Source: Carpediemonas membranifera BICM
Taxonomy: Eukaryota > Protista > Fornicata
Direction of reading: 5' to 3'
Assembly: GCA_019828565.1 (NCBI GenBank)
Contig: JAHDYR010000065.1
Coordinates: forward strand, 1 to 7,488
DNA length: 7,488 nucleotides
Part shown: positions 6,594 to 7,488 of the stretch, piece after piece
How the letters are laid out: each line of letters opens with the position of its first letter
Numbering within the stretch: position 1 is the first letter of the stretch
Translations under genes and position numbers: made by a program
Notes under the pieces: generated by a model
The model's database searches: none
Seen by the model: only the letters and a program-made list of their open reading frames with translations
Told to the model about the DNA's origin: nothing

Positions 6594-7068
6594 AATGCAC
6601 AGCCGAGCCAAATCGCCACAATCACGGCCGTATACCGGACGTGGAGGGGCAGGGACATGTAAGATACCCTATACCTAACTCAGCGCGCGCATTTATACAG
6701 TGGTACCACAAGATTTTTATAGATACAGATTCGAATAATAGTATCAACCATATCTTTACATAATACTGGCTAAGATCGTAGATCAAGGCCTGAAGGGCAG
6801 ACGTAGCCTACTCTACCGCCAATAGAGTAGACTGTTTCGATCGTACTTGGTGGCTCTCGTACGCTCGAAGCGGTTGTCACTTCACCGATCCTCATCGGCT
6901 ATTGCCGACCATATATATGCGTTGCTTGAGGTCGTGCCTTACGGGCACTGGAGGGGCAGTGCAGTGGGTCCTACCCAATGTTACATAGGAATACCATTAT
7001 TGCTAAATTCAGGGAAAATCGACCACTGTTCAGATTTTTATGAGCTGAATTAAGTAAAAACAGATGAA

Positions 7069-7124
7069 TTTTTAGCTAAAATCAACCGTTTTAAGCGCTT
7101 AATTCGGTTGATTTTCGCTCAAAA
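7069..7124. repeat. 56-bp imperfect palindrome just upstream of the transposase ATG
   Basis: TTTTTAGCT-AAAATCAACCG-TT-TTAAGC|GCTTAA-TT-CGGTTGATTTT-CGCTCAAAA, centred at 7096/7097. 24 of 28 positions pair. Confidence 0.9.
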
Positions 7125-7138
7125 GTCAGCTTTGCGCA

Positions 7139-7488
7139 ATGTATTCTGAAGACCTAAGGTGGCGCTGTGTGTTTCTAGCCACCATATATGGATGGTCCTT
7201 TCGAGAAATAGCCTTAGTTATGCACATTCAGAGCCATACAACTATCAGCCAATGGGTTTCACGAGCTGAAAAGACAGGAAGTGTTCGTCATACTGACAGA
7301 GACAAGCGAAAGCCTCAAGTACCGATGGAAGTCATTGTTTACCTTACAGAGCTGATTAGATCAGATCCCTGTTTCTATTTGGACGAGCTTCGAGATAAGA
7401 TCGTTCACAAGTTCAACCGAAAGATCTCCACCGCCACAGTGTGGCGCATACTACGCTTCAGCTTGAACATGACACGGAAGAGCCTCGA
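7139..7488 (+). CDS. Tc1/IS630-like transposase, N-terminal paired-like double HTH, 3' partial
   Basis: Open frame to the window end (not in the ORF track): MYSEDLRWRCVFLATIYGWSFREIALVMHIQSHTTISQWVSRAEKTGSV...LIRSDPCFYLDELRDKIVHKFNRKISTATVWRILRFSLNMTRKSL. YSxDLR, REIA...TIxxW...TGSV, PxxYLDEL and SxxTVxRxL...TRK are characteristic of this family. Confidence 0.9.
   Translation, partial: MYSEDLRWRCVFLATIYGWSFREIALVMHIQSHTTISQWVSRAEKTGSVRHTDRDKRKPQVPMEVIVYLTELIRSDPCFYLDELRDKIVHKFNRKISTATVWRILRFSLNMTRKSL

Larger units (their letters stand above)
6696..7488 (+). mobile_element. Left part of a Tc1/mariner/IS630-superfamily DNA transposon
   Basis: TA (6696-6697) followed by CAGTGGTACC..., a typical Tc1/pogo-type TIR start, lies ~440 bp upstream of a transposase-like ORF. 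The sequence becomes more AT-rich here. The right TIR is outside the window, so the left boundary is tentative. Confidence 0.6.

Noticed and set aside
2107-6658. Numerous short track ORFs overlapping the two large genes, and ORF 6847..7053
   Set aside because: Antisense or alternate-frame shadows, or non-coding transposon leader, with no motifs or paralog conservation.
6808-6830. 8-bp hairpin CTACTCTA/TAGAGTAG as a terminator or Helitron end
   Set aside because: No U-tract and no downstream CTRR end. Short enough to be chance.
6642-6962. TGGAGGGGCAG at ~6642 and ~6949, resembling the PPT at 344-356
   Set aside because: Short G-rich match with no adjacent retroelement coding sequence or LTR similarity.
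4768-7488. SETMAR-like SET-transposase fusion
   Set aside because: The SET gene ends at TAA 6593 after a further domain, and the transposase has its own ATG 545 bp later. No evidence of splicing between them.

Overview
Eukaryotic, gene-dense, transposon-rich window with no obvious introns, probably from a protist. From left to right: (1) the 3' end of a Ty3/Gypsy chromovirus-type pol (GPY/F motif plus chromodomain) followed by a polypurine tract and TG, with no recognisable LTR body after it; (2) a truncated, inverted, diverged copy (370-926) of the head-to-head gene pair at 2136-6593; (3) a second divergent pair, a small dsRBD-like protein with an acidic tail and a hypothetical protein; (4) a 93-bp decayed beta-tubulin fragment; (5) the main head-to-head pair of paralogs, each with a divergent SET domain and a shared unknown domain of about 220 aa. 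The minus-strand paralog adds an OTU-like Cys/His protease domain and a heptad SPxK repeat tail. The plus-strand paralog is split by a -1 frame change near 5320; (6) the left part of a Tc1/IS630-type DNA transposon (candidate TIR, palindrome, transposase N-terminus). The most interesting inference is a multicopy, mobile-element-associated cassette of chromatin/RNA-silencing-related domains (SET, OTU, dsRBD). All domain calls are by eye from motifs; no searches were run.
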